Shown: positions 25,101 through 38,005 of the stretch, in pieces
Position numbering within the stretch: position 1 is the stretch's first letter
Layout of the letters: each line of letters begins with the position of its first letter
Assembly: GCA_021613535.1 (NCBI GenBank)
Contig: CP075495.1
Coordinates: 16,182,001-16,246,000 of the forward strand
Direction: 5' to 3'
DNA from: Adineta vaga
Taxonomy: Eukaryota > Animalia > Rotifera
Length of the DNA: 64,000 bases
Made by a program: the position numbers and the translations under genes
The notes under the pieces: generated by a model
What the model saw: the letters and a program-made list of their open reading frames with translations, nothing else
What the model was told of the DNA's origin: nothing
The model's database searches: none

Positions 25101-25172
25101 TATCCGTGCTGGGATTTGAACCCAGGTATTGCCGGTGAAAACGCCACATCCTGACCGCTGGACTACACGGAT
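25101..25172 (-). tRNA. tRNA-Glu(TTC), possibly pseudogene
   Basis: Acceptor ATCCGTG/CACGGAT, D arm GTCC/GGAT, anticodon loop TT-TTC-AC (one G:G mismatch in stem), T arm CTGGG-TTCAAAT-CCCAG, downstream T7 terminator. Confidence 0.72.
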
Positions 25173-25793
25173 CTGATGTGTTTGTGAGAGTTTTAAGAAA
25201 GAATAATGAAATTGCATGTTAAAATTGATTTGAATAGTATTTGTCTTCAATAAAGAACAGAATTTTAAATGATACACAGTTGTTAAACTAAATAATTAAA
25301 TTAAAAAAATATGACGAACGACACTGACATAGGAATAGAAAATTGCCCACACCCACACCTCAAGATGATGATTAAGCATATGAGTTTAGGAATTATTACT
25401 GTTATTATGTTGTCTTGCATTCAAGACAAAGAACAAAATATTGAGATTGAACTTTCTCGATCATTATCCATGAATGAAGCCTATTTAATTGTACGCAATG
25501 TAAATTATTCAAATAATAATACATTATTTGGAAATAAAATTGTGTGTGAATATTTTGATCTTGAGGAAATAATCGAAGTTTCTCCGAATACGAATTATGC
25601 TTTAATTATTGACACTAAATATGCATATGATTGGGAATTACATTCATCAACATCCAATAGAACTCTATTACGCCAATTTACGTCATATACAAATTCGATG
25701 AACATACTATTACTACAAATCAAGAACCATTATTGAATCCAGTACATATATCCAATACTAAATCTCGTATTCAAATAGTTTAGAATATCATAT

Positions 25794-26908
25794 GAGTGGA
25801 TTGCAACTTTTTGGTACAACTGATCCGAAAAAATAAAAGTGGAGCTAAACAACTTTTGAGTAGTGCATTTTGCTATACTATATGTCTGTATTATGTACAA
25901 AAGTTTTCCCAACACTTTACTGTATAATAAGCGAGATACGCAGTACATAGATTATTTTCTAGTAAACTCAATGTAAAACGTGTATTTTATAGCACAAACT
26001 TTTGTGTTATTTAATCAGTTTTACAAGAGAAGCCAGTAGTTGGAAAATTCTCATAATATACAGACATGTTCAATGTACTTTGCTGAGTTAAAATGTACTT
26101 GAAAAGAACATTTTCGAATGAAACTAAGAAGATATATCTACGAAAAAGCATCACTATATCCTCTTTCATAAAAACGTCACTCTACATTTTTCAGTATAAT
26201 GTAAATTTCTCTTGAAGGGCACGTGATCGAAAGCTGAAATTTTTACCACTAACAGAACTTTTTGTTTTATATATTCTCTAAAAATTTGAGCTAAATCTGA
26301 CGACCCGTCCGAGAGTTATAAATCCCACAAGTTTCGAATCGTCACTCTACAAAGTGAATAAACGTCTTTTTTTTTGAAAGTTCGTTTTTTTTGTTTGAAA
26401 CGAACTTGATAAAAGAGAACCTTTTCGCCTCAATTTGCTAGTTAAAGTGTCTGCTTTCTTTTTATATGATCAGCACACTACTAGCTCTATCATAGGCCGA
26501 GCTAGAACAATGTTTGTGTCACTCTACATAAAAACGAACAAGTGTCTGTTAAACAATGTGAACGATAGATGAACGAACCACTGAAAATTCTAACTAAAGT
26601 TAGTTACATATTTCGATAGAGTGTGAAAAACTGTACAAAATAGATTAATTATCTCCTTTTCCTGTTGCCTCTTTATAGTCGAAAAATTTCCTTTTCTTGG
26701 CATACGTCATGAAAAAATGACATTTTTTCATCATAGATTTTTTATAGCTCAGCAACAACATGAGTTAAAGAGCTGAAATTTTGCACGGCAGTGAGGTGTT
26801 CAAAGCACTATAACATATCAAAAAATCGTTGAAATCGGCCGGCGCAAACTGGAGTTATTAGCGAAATACACCTAAAATCTAATTGTACCAAAAAGTTGCA
26901 ATCCACTC
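25794..26908. mobile_element. Non-autonomous DNA transposon, Sola2-like
   Basis: Perfect TIR GAGTGGATTGCAACTTTTTGGTACAA; 4-bp TSD ATAT; internal GTCACTCTACA repeats. Confidence 0.8.
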
Positions 26909-27384
26909 ATATATATTATCATATTCAGTCATGGGTTGAGTTGGGTTGGGTTATAGTAGATATGACTCGAATCCATTTTATATAAGAAGTGATATGAGAG
27001 GAGAGTATAAAAGTGCTTAATGCGTTGAGTTGCACTCATTAGAGATAAAATTAAGGTGGCTTGAGAAATAAATTTTGATTCAGAGAGTAATATGAGGAGA
27101 TGGCATACATCTTTCTTATTTAATTAAATCGATATTGGTTGGGTTAAACTATCAAATGAAATAAATTATAATAAGAATGCGTTCAAAGTCGCGTGTTGAG
27201 CTCATGTGAAGGACGCACTGACTTAGAGACTGTATTTTATATGAAGAAGAAAGAAGTATTATAAACATAAATTTGCATTGATATAGGAAAAGGATGGTTT
27301 AGACATTTCTCGTAACTTAGAAACATGTGCTTTTTGAGTATTAGATCGAACAGTTTTCATATGTTTTGAAGGTTTAAAATTTAT

Positions 27385-29235
27385 TTAAAATCGATCTTTA
27401 GATACACTACAACTATATATATGAAAAAACAAGATAAAATTTATGTAGCTTTTTGGATATGAGTAATTAGACCAATGTGTTTTATATTGACGAATGATAG
27501 AAAATGTTTGTTCGGCAATCTGACTGTTAACATTGTCAAACATATTTTTGTGCAACGGATTATCTGCGCGCATCTCATTTCTACACATGTGCCGAGTGTA
27601 GTTTCGCTGATGAAGAGTATCGAATACGAAGTGAACGTTGTGATAAAAATGATCACTGATTGTCGTAGATGTAAAATAATCTGTTCCATATCGTGCTGTC
27701 ATATAGATTTTTATCGAACACGCTGTATCATATATAATTCTAAAGGAAGTTTGCTCATTCGTCCTAAAAAAAAGGATTTATAAGGTAAGAAAATATATGC
27801 TTTACCGATTCGAATTAAATGTCTTAAAACACGACGTAGTGACTCAGATTGTATTGACTCATCAGAGCCAGCCGCGATTCCACACGAGTAAAAGAAGACC
27901 AAAAAACCATAAGTTGTTGATCGAGTTTCATTGTCGGATAATTCATTACGTTTAACATTACATGTTTCGTCTGTAACATCATCAGATGCATCAAATTCTA
28001 TAGCACTAATACCACGTTTACCGACTATTTCGAGGTGTTTTTCGCAAAGAGCATTCGACTTAATTTCTAGAAAGCTTTGAAAGTAGATAGTATGGAAAAG
28101 CAATAGTGCTTGTGTACGTACCTGAATTCTTCGAAACCGACCTAGGACATCCAACAAGTACTGGTCCTAACTCGTCAATCGTGTTATCATAACAATTGTT
28201 AAATTTACACGTTGTACGAGCTGTTTTTTGATGTCCATCGACTATCAATATATCAGTGCAGCTAGTGGTACAATGCGAAGTTTTGTGCATTGCTTGATTT
28301 GACCAATATTTAACAAATACTGAGTAAAGTTGACTTTTATGTCGATGAAAAAATGCATTCGATTCATCTTTATCATAAAAAGCATATGGAATTTCAATAA
28401 CCTCTTCATTACTCCGTTGTAATAATAACTTCAAAATACAATATACAATCCAACTAATTTGAAAATTCTTTTCATCTAGTTTTTTTTCTGGAAATATTGT
28501 TTTATTTATAAATATATCATTGAAGTATTTAACAAATCCATGAAAAGAAGCTCTCATTGTCATTAAAGCTATTGAAAATGATAAAAAGATTCTGTGGAAA
28601 TAAACACATTCACCTCCAAAATAAAAAACATCTGTGTTTAAAAATTGTTCCCTTCGTATATAATGCTTTTTGACAGTATCATGGCTGTAACTATTTGGAT
28701 AATAAGACCATTTACATGTTTTACAATGAGAATATAAAGTAATACATTGTTCTAATGAGTTTTCAGGAAATATAAAAGTTTTGGATGATTCATATACAGG
28801 TAGCACATTATCATTGTTTGAACAAACAATACATTTCTTCGACATGGGTTCAATTTTTCTGAACACAATTGAGTAATTAGTAAATTTTTGATAATCAATT
28901 ATCAACTGATCTACATCCGTAGAAAACATTAAATAATCATGAAATAATTCTGATGATGAGAAAAAATCAATTTGTTGTTTCATAAAAACAGGTGAAAATT
29001 TGGTATTAAATTGCTTATTGATAATCTCACAAATAACAGAGTATTTATCATTTATTATAGAAGCATTTTTTATTCTTTCATGTAGTATCATTATCGTATA
29101 AATTGGAGCTTGTTTCAACAGCTTGGTGAAAAAAAGATCATTTTTAATTTCTAAGGATGTGTTATCCATCTTGTTTATATCTAAAAATACTTTATATATA
29201 TATGTAAAGATAAAAAGCTGATTTTGTAACCACAA
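27385..29235 (-). pseudogene. KDZ (Kyakuja-like, CxC5/CxC6) transposase, spliced, one frameshift before YDTAC
   Basis: CIVC...HCKTC...YYPN (CxC5-like), VDGHQK...C, CP...LCEKH, CGI......SES, YDTAC, NSQIAEQTF; intron 28067-28121. Confidence 0.82.
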
Positions 29236-29398
29236 AAAGATAAAAATATACTGATGTAATGTTTCACTTTCAAAAGTTGTTTGGTTTTAATTGTTGAAAC
29301 TTCTTATAAATAAAATCAATAAATACGAAAATATGACAAGAAAAACAAATCAGACTTATATATGTTAATAAAGAACTTTAAAAGAATAATATGGAAAG

Positions 29399-32300
29399 CA
29401 TTGGCGGGCCAGCTAGGGGGCGAGGGGGGTCAATTGCCCCCCCCCCCCTGAAAAAATTTCTAGGGGGCAATACATTTTTATTGCCCCTAGTATTACAAAT
29501 GTTTTTCGCACGATTATAACTCCATCTATACTAGTATACATAAGTATTTTTCTTAGTGGATGCATCTGTGAACCATTAGAAGCGAGATTTTTAAAATTTT
29601 TTCAATTCTTATATCAATCAATTTATATGTAATAATATATTTCTTCTCAAATAATAGTAATCAATTTTTTACAGTATGTCTGAAAAAGGTACACTGGAAT
29701 TTTACTTCATCAAGAAAAAAGCTGATGTTGTTGTACAAACGAATGCATGTGAATCGATCCAATCGACTGTAGACGAATATTCATCTGATCAAATGTCAAA
29801 TTTAAATAATTCTACAACATCAACGTTATATTCTACATCTTCAACATCAATATCATCTTTTACCTTTTCAACAGCAGCATCATCTTGCATCTCGTCACCA
29901 TCAACATTATCTTCCATATGTTCAACGTCAACATCTACAACACCAACAATAATTCATAGTGTTAATAGTGAATCAGCTCTTGAACGTTCACATGCAGCTA
30001 GTAATTGTGGTATAATATCGGTCGAATCTGTTCAACGAGATCCAGCACGTGGTCCAACTTACGCAAAAGAGTTTGTTTCACTTGGGCCGTATCAACCGAA
30101 ATACAATTATCCAAGTATTGATCAACGACATTTTTGTCATCGATGGTTTGAAAAATACCTATGGCTTGACTATAGTATTACCATTGATAAAGCCTATTGC
30201 TTTTGTTGTCGATTTGCTTATGATCCTTTGAAGTCTGATAAAGTATTTACACTCATTGGTTATAATAACTGGAAAAAAGCTGTTGAAAAATTTAATAAAC
30301 ATCAGTCAAGTTTTTCACATAAACAAGCACATGAAGCTTGGATAATGGCTGAAAAGAATCGAATTAATAATACGAATGTATTGATGCAAATTAATCGAAG
30401 TTTCAATGAACAAGTTGAAGAAAATCGCCTCTACCTGAAAGAAATTATTCGAACATTAATTTTTCTAGGTAAACAATGTCTACCTTTACGAGGACATCGT
30501 GAAGATGGTGAAGCTGAAAATCGTGGCAACTTCCTTGAATTACTTGAAATTCGTAGTTTCGATAATGATCTCATCAAAAAGAAACTTTCCTCATTGAAAT
30601 ATACTGATCACAAGATTCAAAATGAACTCTTGATTTTAATCCAGGAAAATATTACTGAACAAATTGTATCGGATATAAAGAAATTCAAGTATTTTTCAGT
30701 TATGATTGATGAAACTACAGATATTGCAAATCATCAACAAGTGTCACTAGTAATTCGATATGTTGATGAATTTTTCAATGTCTATGAACGCTTTCTTGGT
30801 TTCGAACGAACTTTTGATACAACAGGTGAAGGCTTGTTTAATTTATTAGTTTCATGGATCAAACAACTTGGTTTGGATATGGAAAATATTGTTGGTCAAT
30901 GTTATGATGGTGCTAGTTCTATGCGTGGTGAATATAAAGGTGTTGCAGCTCGAATGAAACAATTAGCACCAAAAGGTATGTGGTAATTTTAACTTTTATA
31001 TTAAAACGAACTTTATTGTCTACTAATTAAATAATAACTTTATATATGACTATATTCCGTTCAATTGTAGCTATTTATATCCATTGTAATGGTCACGTAC
31101 TCAACTTGTGCTTGGTTGATGTTTCATCCGCTATTATACCAATTCGAAATAATTTCGGTGTTGTTCAAGCTCTATACAATTTCTTTGAAGGATCAGCCAA
31201 ACGTCACCATCTATTTGAAGATATACAAAAAGAAGCTGGATTAAAGTCATTCGTAATGAAACGATTATGTGAGACTCGATGGACTTGTCGATCGGAATGT
31301 TTGACTGTTATACTCAATCGATATTCACAAATAATCGATGCTTTGGAAACAGCTAGTAATGGACTTATTATGTTAAATACAATTAAAAGATTGGATTTCA
31401 TTTTTCATTTGATTATCATGTATGAAATTTATTCAATAACAAATATATTATCAAAATATTTACAGCATTCAAATGTTTCATTATCTGATGCATTAGTTCA
31501 TGTAAAACTTACAATTGATACATTAACAGGATTACGAACAGATTTGAAGTTCGAAGAATTTTGGAAGAAAACAATCGATATTTGTGAAGACAATGGTATT
31601 GATGATCAAGTTGATATCCGAAAAAGAAAATTTCCAGCAAAGTTAGGTGGTGGTTATGTTATTCCAAATGATCTTTCAATCAAAGATAATTATCGTATAA
31701 ATTCATATTTTGCCGTTATCGATAAGATAAAAGCTGCTATTGATAATAGATTTGATGAAAATAATGTTGCTATTGTTATTCTATGTGAAAAGTTGTTTTT
31801 GACGAAAGATTTACTTTCGTTTGATGAAATTCAACAGTTAACTAGATTTTATGATTTGAATTACACCGACTGCAAAAGTGAACAATTATTATACAAAACA
31901 GCAATTAATCAACAACAATCAATGAACATTGACATCAAGTCGATTACTAAATTTTTTCTTCAAAAAAGCTTTCATCTCGTATTACCAACTATGAATCAAT
32001 TGCTTCGCATTTTATGGACAATTCCAGTAAATGTCTGCGAATGTGAAAGAAGTTTCTCGTCTTTAAGACGTTTGAAAACTTATTTACGAAGTACAATGGA
32101 TCAGGAACGTTTATCTGCTCTGGCATTGATTCATATTGAGAAAGACATAACCATTGATATTGATAAAATTGTAGCAAAGTTTGTTATGAAGAACGAAACT
32201 CGAAAAAGTCAATTTTCTTACTAAAAAGTCGTTTGGTTTTTTCTCTTATAGTTAATATGTCTGTTATCATGTGTATTTAGGAATTGCATTAAATATGAAA

Positions 32301-32586
32301 AGAATAAAAGTAGATTTTAATGAAAATCATTTATACATAATAATCATCTTATTCAAATATATCATTACTGCCAAAAAATCTTCGAAAGACATAGCAATTA
32401 GATAAAGTTTTTATGAACGCAAGGAAACTGTTTGTAAGTAGAAGTGCCAGAAATATTAGTGAAAACGTTTCCGGCGCAGAAAAAAACAAATATCTGTTGT
32501 AATGGGAATAAAAAAAAAAATTTAAGAATTCCAGTCTAATTTATTGCCCCCCCCCCCCCTGAAATTTTTTCACCGGCCCGCCACTG
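29399..32586 (+). mobile_element. Full-length hAT element (ZMYM1/Tip100-like)
   Basis: TIR CA(T/G)TGGCGGGCC(A/G)G; TSD ATGGAAAG/ATTGAAAG; subterminal TTGCCCCC repeats. Confidence 0.93.
29676..32224 (+). CDS. hAT transposase (TTF zinc finger, DUF4371, hATC dimerisation), exons 29676-30975 + 31071-32224, ~817 aa, intact
   Basis: WLDYS...AYCFCC, LRGHRE..NRGNF, DETTD, YDGA, IHCNGHVLNL, ETRW, CERSFSSLRRLKTYLRSTMDQERL; phase-1 intron gives PKA|IYIHC. Confidence 0.93.
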
Positions 32587-32599
32587 ATTGAAAGAAAAA

Positions 32600-35500
32600 G
32601 ATATGCAACTAATATCTGTTTCTTTATATGATTTTGCTGCAAAAATTGTTTTATAAAAGCAAATACATAATATATCTAATCGTTCAGTTTTTCTTTCTTT
32701 TGGATTGAGAAGCAGCTTGAGATGTTTTTCGTTTTCCATTTTCTTTTGCGACATTTTCAAATGGTTCAATACCTGTGAAATACAATGGACCTGAACAATA
32801 CATATTTTCAAGATTATAATATCTGTAACGTTATTTCCATATTCCAATTCATCTGGTTCTGTTGTTGCATTTTCTACCGAACGAAATACTGCACATTTAT
32901 TATAATTGACATAACAGCGATAGTCTTCTGAGTCAAGCAAAAACTCAGCGTTTTGATTCAAAAGTAATTGTGTGATGGTATGAAAGCCTGTGAAAAAATT
33001 CAATTAATTTTTATATTTATTACTATTTTATCATCATACCATCTTTTGTAAGATCAAAAAACGATTTAAATAATATCCACGTAATTCCAAATTCATTTAA
33101 AGCAGCAATAAATTCGAAACGTGATTGTTCATCATTTATTCGTGGTACATTTTTAGCGAAACCTTTCGTTGCTTTCACTGATTTTGACAACTTCCGAACG
33201 AAATAATCATCCTCAAGTAAAAGCTTTTTATTAATCATTAACTGAATGCTACGTTGGCGAGCTACAGCAGAGTAATGCCGAGTAGCAAGAGCAATATCAG
33301 ATGAAGATAAAATTATTGATGGATATTGTAAGATTGCTCGAACACAAGCTTTTACATCTGGTGGATGAACATTTGATGGTGTTGTTTCAGCTAATTTCAA
33401 AGAATTTTTTTTCGTAATTTTTTAACTGTTAGAATACCCGTTTCAGATTCAATTTGATTAATTGGCTGTATTGGTTGGCAATCTACTCTACGATTATGAT
33501 CACAATCTATAGAACAAAAAAAATTGTTGTTTGATTTAACATGACATGAAATGAAACTAATTTTAGATATTTCAACCTTTCGGCTGTACATCAGGTGTTT
33601 TATTGTTGTTGTCAATCAATTCTGTCGCTTGTATTTGTTCTACTTGAACCATATTCAAATCATTTTCGAAGAGATCTATAGATTAGCAAACAAAAAAGAA
33701 AAAAAAAACATCATGGCATACATACATATGTATACAAATACTGCTTAGATGGTTATAAGAAAGAATGGCTAGATCATGATCATTATTTGAAACAAAATCC
33801 TTATCGAATATACCTAGAAGTAGTAAGTAACTTACGGTATTTTCAAAAATTGTTTCAAATGCATCAGCTTACGTGTCATCATTGCATCATTCTTATTCAG
33901 CAAGATATTGTCTGTATTGTTTCTATCGACTAACTGATCTTCTTCACGAAATTCACTGTTAATCGTTACAGCAACAGGCATTTGTACAAATATATTTTGA
34001 TCAGTTGTATTAGCAATAACTCCAGGATTAAAATCAATTGTCCCATTAGATGCTTCTTCATTATTGAGATTCACTAAATATAAAATATTTTCTTGAGATT
34101 AATCATACAAAAGAAAATATATATTGAAACATATTCTAGATCAATTCAGAGATAAAGTTCTTCTATATTATTTATAAGATGAGTGAAAGTGTAATACCAT
34201 TGTACATACCTATTGATACTAGATCATATTTTGTACAATCATCACGATGTTCAACTCTGGTGGTTAACAACTGTTTAGCTTCAGGAAGAAGTTTACAATT
34301 ATTTGGCAGATTTGAACGAGTGAGTAAATTTTGATATTCTTCTGCACTAATCTTGTATTCTTCCAAGTGTTGAAGAAATTGATTTTTTTCTGATGATTTA
34401 TTAGGTATTGGATTTTTAAAAAACGAGTGAGTTTGTTGTGCACGTAGACGAGAAATGAAATATCCTGTGCTTAATATTTTTTGATCAACTAATTTGTTTA
34501 ATATATTGTTTAATAAATTGTTGTCCACATGATGAAAAGGAGCATTAGTTCTTTTCCCGTTTTCATTTGTTATTGGTTGTTTTAAATCAGAACGAAGAAA
34601 AAATTGATACGGCAACTGTAATATTCTTTTTTCTAATGATGGTTTTTCTGCAATTAATGTACGAAATTGAGTAGAAGGCACACTTGGTTGATTTACTGAA
34701 TGTTCTAAATTGAACAGATTTAACGTGTTCTTAAACAAGTAATTGTCAAATAAATTTGCCGTGATATGGCATGTTTCTAACGAAACGTAACTGACAATTT
34801 CACCATTACCGCTCTTATTAAAAACTAGATGTTTGTCAATGTAAAGTTTTGCTCTTGTAGCAAATGTTTGGTCGACAACTTGTGCAAATTGTAATTCTCC
34901 ATTTTTTTTCATTTCATATAAAATAAGCATTGCATCTAAAAGACGCTGCATATTCACACAAAGTCTGGGAAATATTTCTGCACTTTTTGAATAAAAAGAT
35001 TGAAGATGTGATTGTTGTCGATCTCTACATAATCGTTGTCCTTCTGCAATATAATGTTTTCCTTTGGTTGCATAGAATCGTTGTGGCTCATCATTTCCTA
35101 ATGGATCCACAAATGAGTACACGATCTTCCCTATGAAATGAATGACAACAAATATTTGCTGAATTGAAGGTAATAATTGATCTGATTTTTTTATCGAGTC
35201 GTACGATATTAAATTGTTTTCCACAAAGTGGTACAAAAAACGATTATCACAACCATCAGATATTTTATGTAAAGAATATCGAGCCAGAAGTAGATGGAAA
35301 GAACCACCAGTGCATGCACCTAACAATGATAAACGGGCATTTTCAATTGAAAATTCATACATGCCTGTGGTTTTGGAAGATTCTGAGAAGCCATCAAAGG
35401 CTTCACACAACAGGGAACGATTAGACACCGCAACCATTTGTCCTAAATCAAAACATATTAATAATTATATATCTCGGAATCTCAACTGAAGTTCTATTGA

Positions 35501-36385
35501 TTCAATGTTTTCATTTTACAATCTGACTTCCGTTACTGAAAATTTCATATATTTGACTCAGCCTTCGACTCTTCTCCCAAAAATTTTTATTTATTACTTC
35601 GATTCTTATTCCAACAAACTTTGATTGTCATATTAAGAAGTGAGTGATCTTGACTAAACTAAAAAATTATAATTAAGACTTGTTTATTTGGATAAACAAG
35701 ATATAAAACTCAACAAGCATAAAGCGAAAAAAAATTCAAGAGAAATTATCTTTATTTTATTTGTTCATAATTTATTAATATCAAATAACAGTGAAATCTA
35801 TCTCAAAATGTTTTATTTGAAAAGATCTTGAAAGTTAGATATATAAAAAACATGAATCCATCAAGTTCATGAAAACAACCATGTATTCAAATTTTTCACA
35901 AAAAAAAATTCATCAAGTTTCATTGAAAATGTTCAGTAATAATTTGCAGCCTGTAATAATTATCTAATGTTATACTTGCTTAATAGTAAATCATGAAGCA
36001 CTAATCTTATATCTCATCTGAATTATAGAACAGAATTACAATTGAAAAAAATGTTACTTAATATCTGTGTGAAATTCGTCTTATCTAATTGATTGGCACA
36101 AAAACTAATGCTTTATGGAAAAAAAACATCATCTTTACTATATTGATAAAAGCCCAACTTGTTCAAGTTAGCATCTGCTTCGTGCATGAGTAAGAATTTA
36201 TTTCCAGTAGATAATTCTTTATGTAAACCAGCACCAGTTATATCATAAATAATGGACTTTTTCTCGTCTTCAACATAAACTTCTGGAAAGAGATTTTCAC
36301 ATGTTTTGTAACAAGATTGAACAATATTTATTAGGCCACTTTTATCCGAACCCAAGCCAATTACAAAATCAACTTTTCTACCTGA
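32600..36385 (-). CDS. Multi-exon DUF3987/MCM-like AAA+ protein with two repeated C-terminal helical domains (5' end not found; may be decayed)
   Basis: IGLGSDKSG (Walker A-like), ITGAGL, FLLMHEAD (Walker B-like), RSLLCEAFDG, RLSLLGAC, DGCDNRFL (Arg finger); ORFs 36113-36355, 34172-35437, 33832-34074, 33023-33400. Confidence 0.6.
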
Positions 36386-38005
36386 GTTTTATTAAAGGTA
36401 TTTTATTTATATAAAAGAAAGATCAAATAAAGATTATTCTGTTCTGTTCACAATAGTTCTTTTTTATTATAGAGATATTTATTTTCTAATTATGGTAACA
36501 GTTGCACTCATATGGTAGATGTCGATAGATTGTTATGACACAACAAAAGTACTATATTTTTATCGTTTGTAAAATGTGAAGGAATAAGGGTAAACAAAAC
36601 GGTATATGGTGAAATTTCAGCTGAACTTTGAATTTATGAATAGTAATCCGTCATGTTATCAGATTTATAATACAAAATAACATCTCATAGGATTTAACCA
36701 TCTGCAATTCATCGTACACTTTACACATAGCACGTATGAATCCTGTCTATTATTAATTACACATATATTTAACAATTAACTAGATCGTACGGTATAGCAA
36801 TGATATCATTTACATATCAAAATGAATTTCCATTTCCTTCTTACTCAACCCAACCCAATCCAAACCATGACTGAATATTGTAGTGTATCTATGGTATCGT
36901 TTATATATAATTATGTTGATCTTAAAAGAACATATTAATGTATTTTGCTATATAATGAGACAATTTTTTACGTTAAAATTATTAATTACACGATTAAAGT
37001 TGCTTCTTCAAACATTCATATTATAATTAATATTAAAGAAGAATGTTGAACATTTTGAATTTCCTAGAGATTTATATTGTGGGAAATTCATTTGAATTTC
37101 CCAGAAGTTTATCTTTTAATAATTTTTTTTGAATTTCCTGGAAATGGAAAATTTCCATGCTCTCAACAGCCATTCCAACACAAAACCAACACCTTCATCC
37201 TCACCGCTTCCGTTACATCAGAAGAACTGTTTATAAAGTTTAGTCCGTTGATTAACTGAACTTTGCATACTCTTCATAAAAATAAACACAATGATCTATT
37301 CAACAAGTCAGATAACATGGAAAAAAAACAAATATATGAAAATATCTATGTATAGTTTCGAACTTTAATGAATGTTCGTAAAATACAGCAGAAAGAGGTT
37401 TTCGCGAGAGAAACAAAAAAACATGATAGGAAGATGAAAATTCTCGAAACTGCTAAGTCGCATGTAGGCCAAGAATATATATGACGAAATAAGATAAAGT
37501 CATATGACAAAGAAATAAAAGAAAACATTCTTTCTACGCAGTTATCAAATACCAAAAAAAGACGAAATATTTATCCAGGAGAAGTCATATGATGGTAAGA
37601 GTAAAGCAAAAAATAAGGTAATACTGATGATAACCGAACGAGAGAAGATACAACATCATTATGAAATCATGAAAAGAAAACAAAAAACATTATTTCAAAC
37701 AATAAATAAGCTAATATTAAGAGTGAGAGACAATATGAAAAAGGTCGGAGTATGGTATATAAATATACGTAAGTATCTACAATAAAAATTAATTCTCACA
37801 AAAGATTCTGCAAGGTAAGTGTGAATAATATGAATTATCGTCATATATTTCTTTAAGGACGTTTTATCAATGTTCGAATTAAATTATCATATCCCAATTC
37901 TTTACTCTTTACTCTTTTCTTTTGAGTAGATACACTGCAAGATTTATTCTTATAATCTATGTTTCAGATATTTCACATAATTCAGTTATAAAATCAGAAG
38001 ACAAC

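Larger units (their letters stand above)
26914..36885 (-). mobile_element. ~10-kb CACTA-ended DNA transposon carrying a KDZ transposase and a DUF3987-like ATPase gene, with nested hAT
   Basis: Right end (rev. comp.) CACTACAATATTCAGTCATGGTTTGGATTGGGTTGGGTT vs left TATTATCATATTCAGTCATGGGTTGAGTTGGGTTGGGTT; TA on both flanks. Confidence 0.7.

Noticed and set aside
25311-25736. 141-aa ORF
   Set aside because: No recognisable motif or exon context; cannot be supported as a gene.
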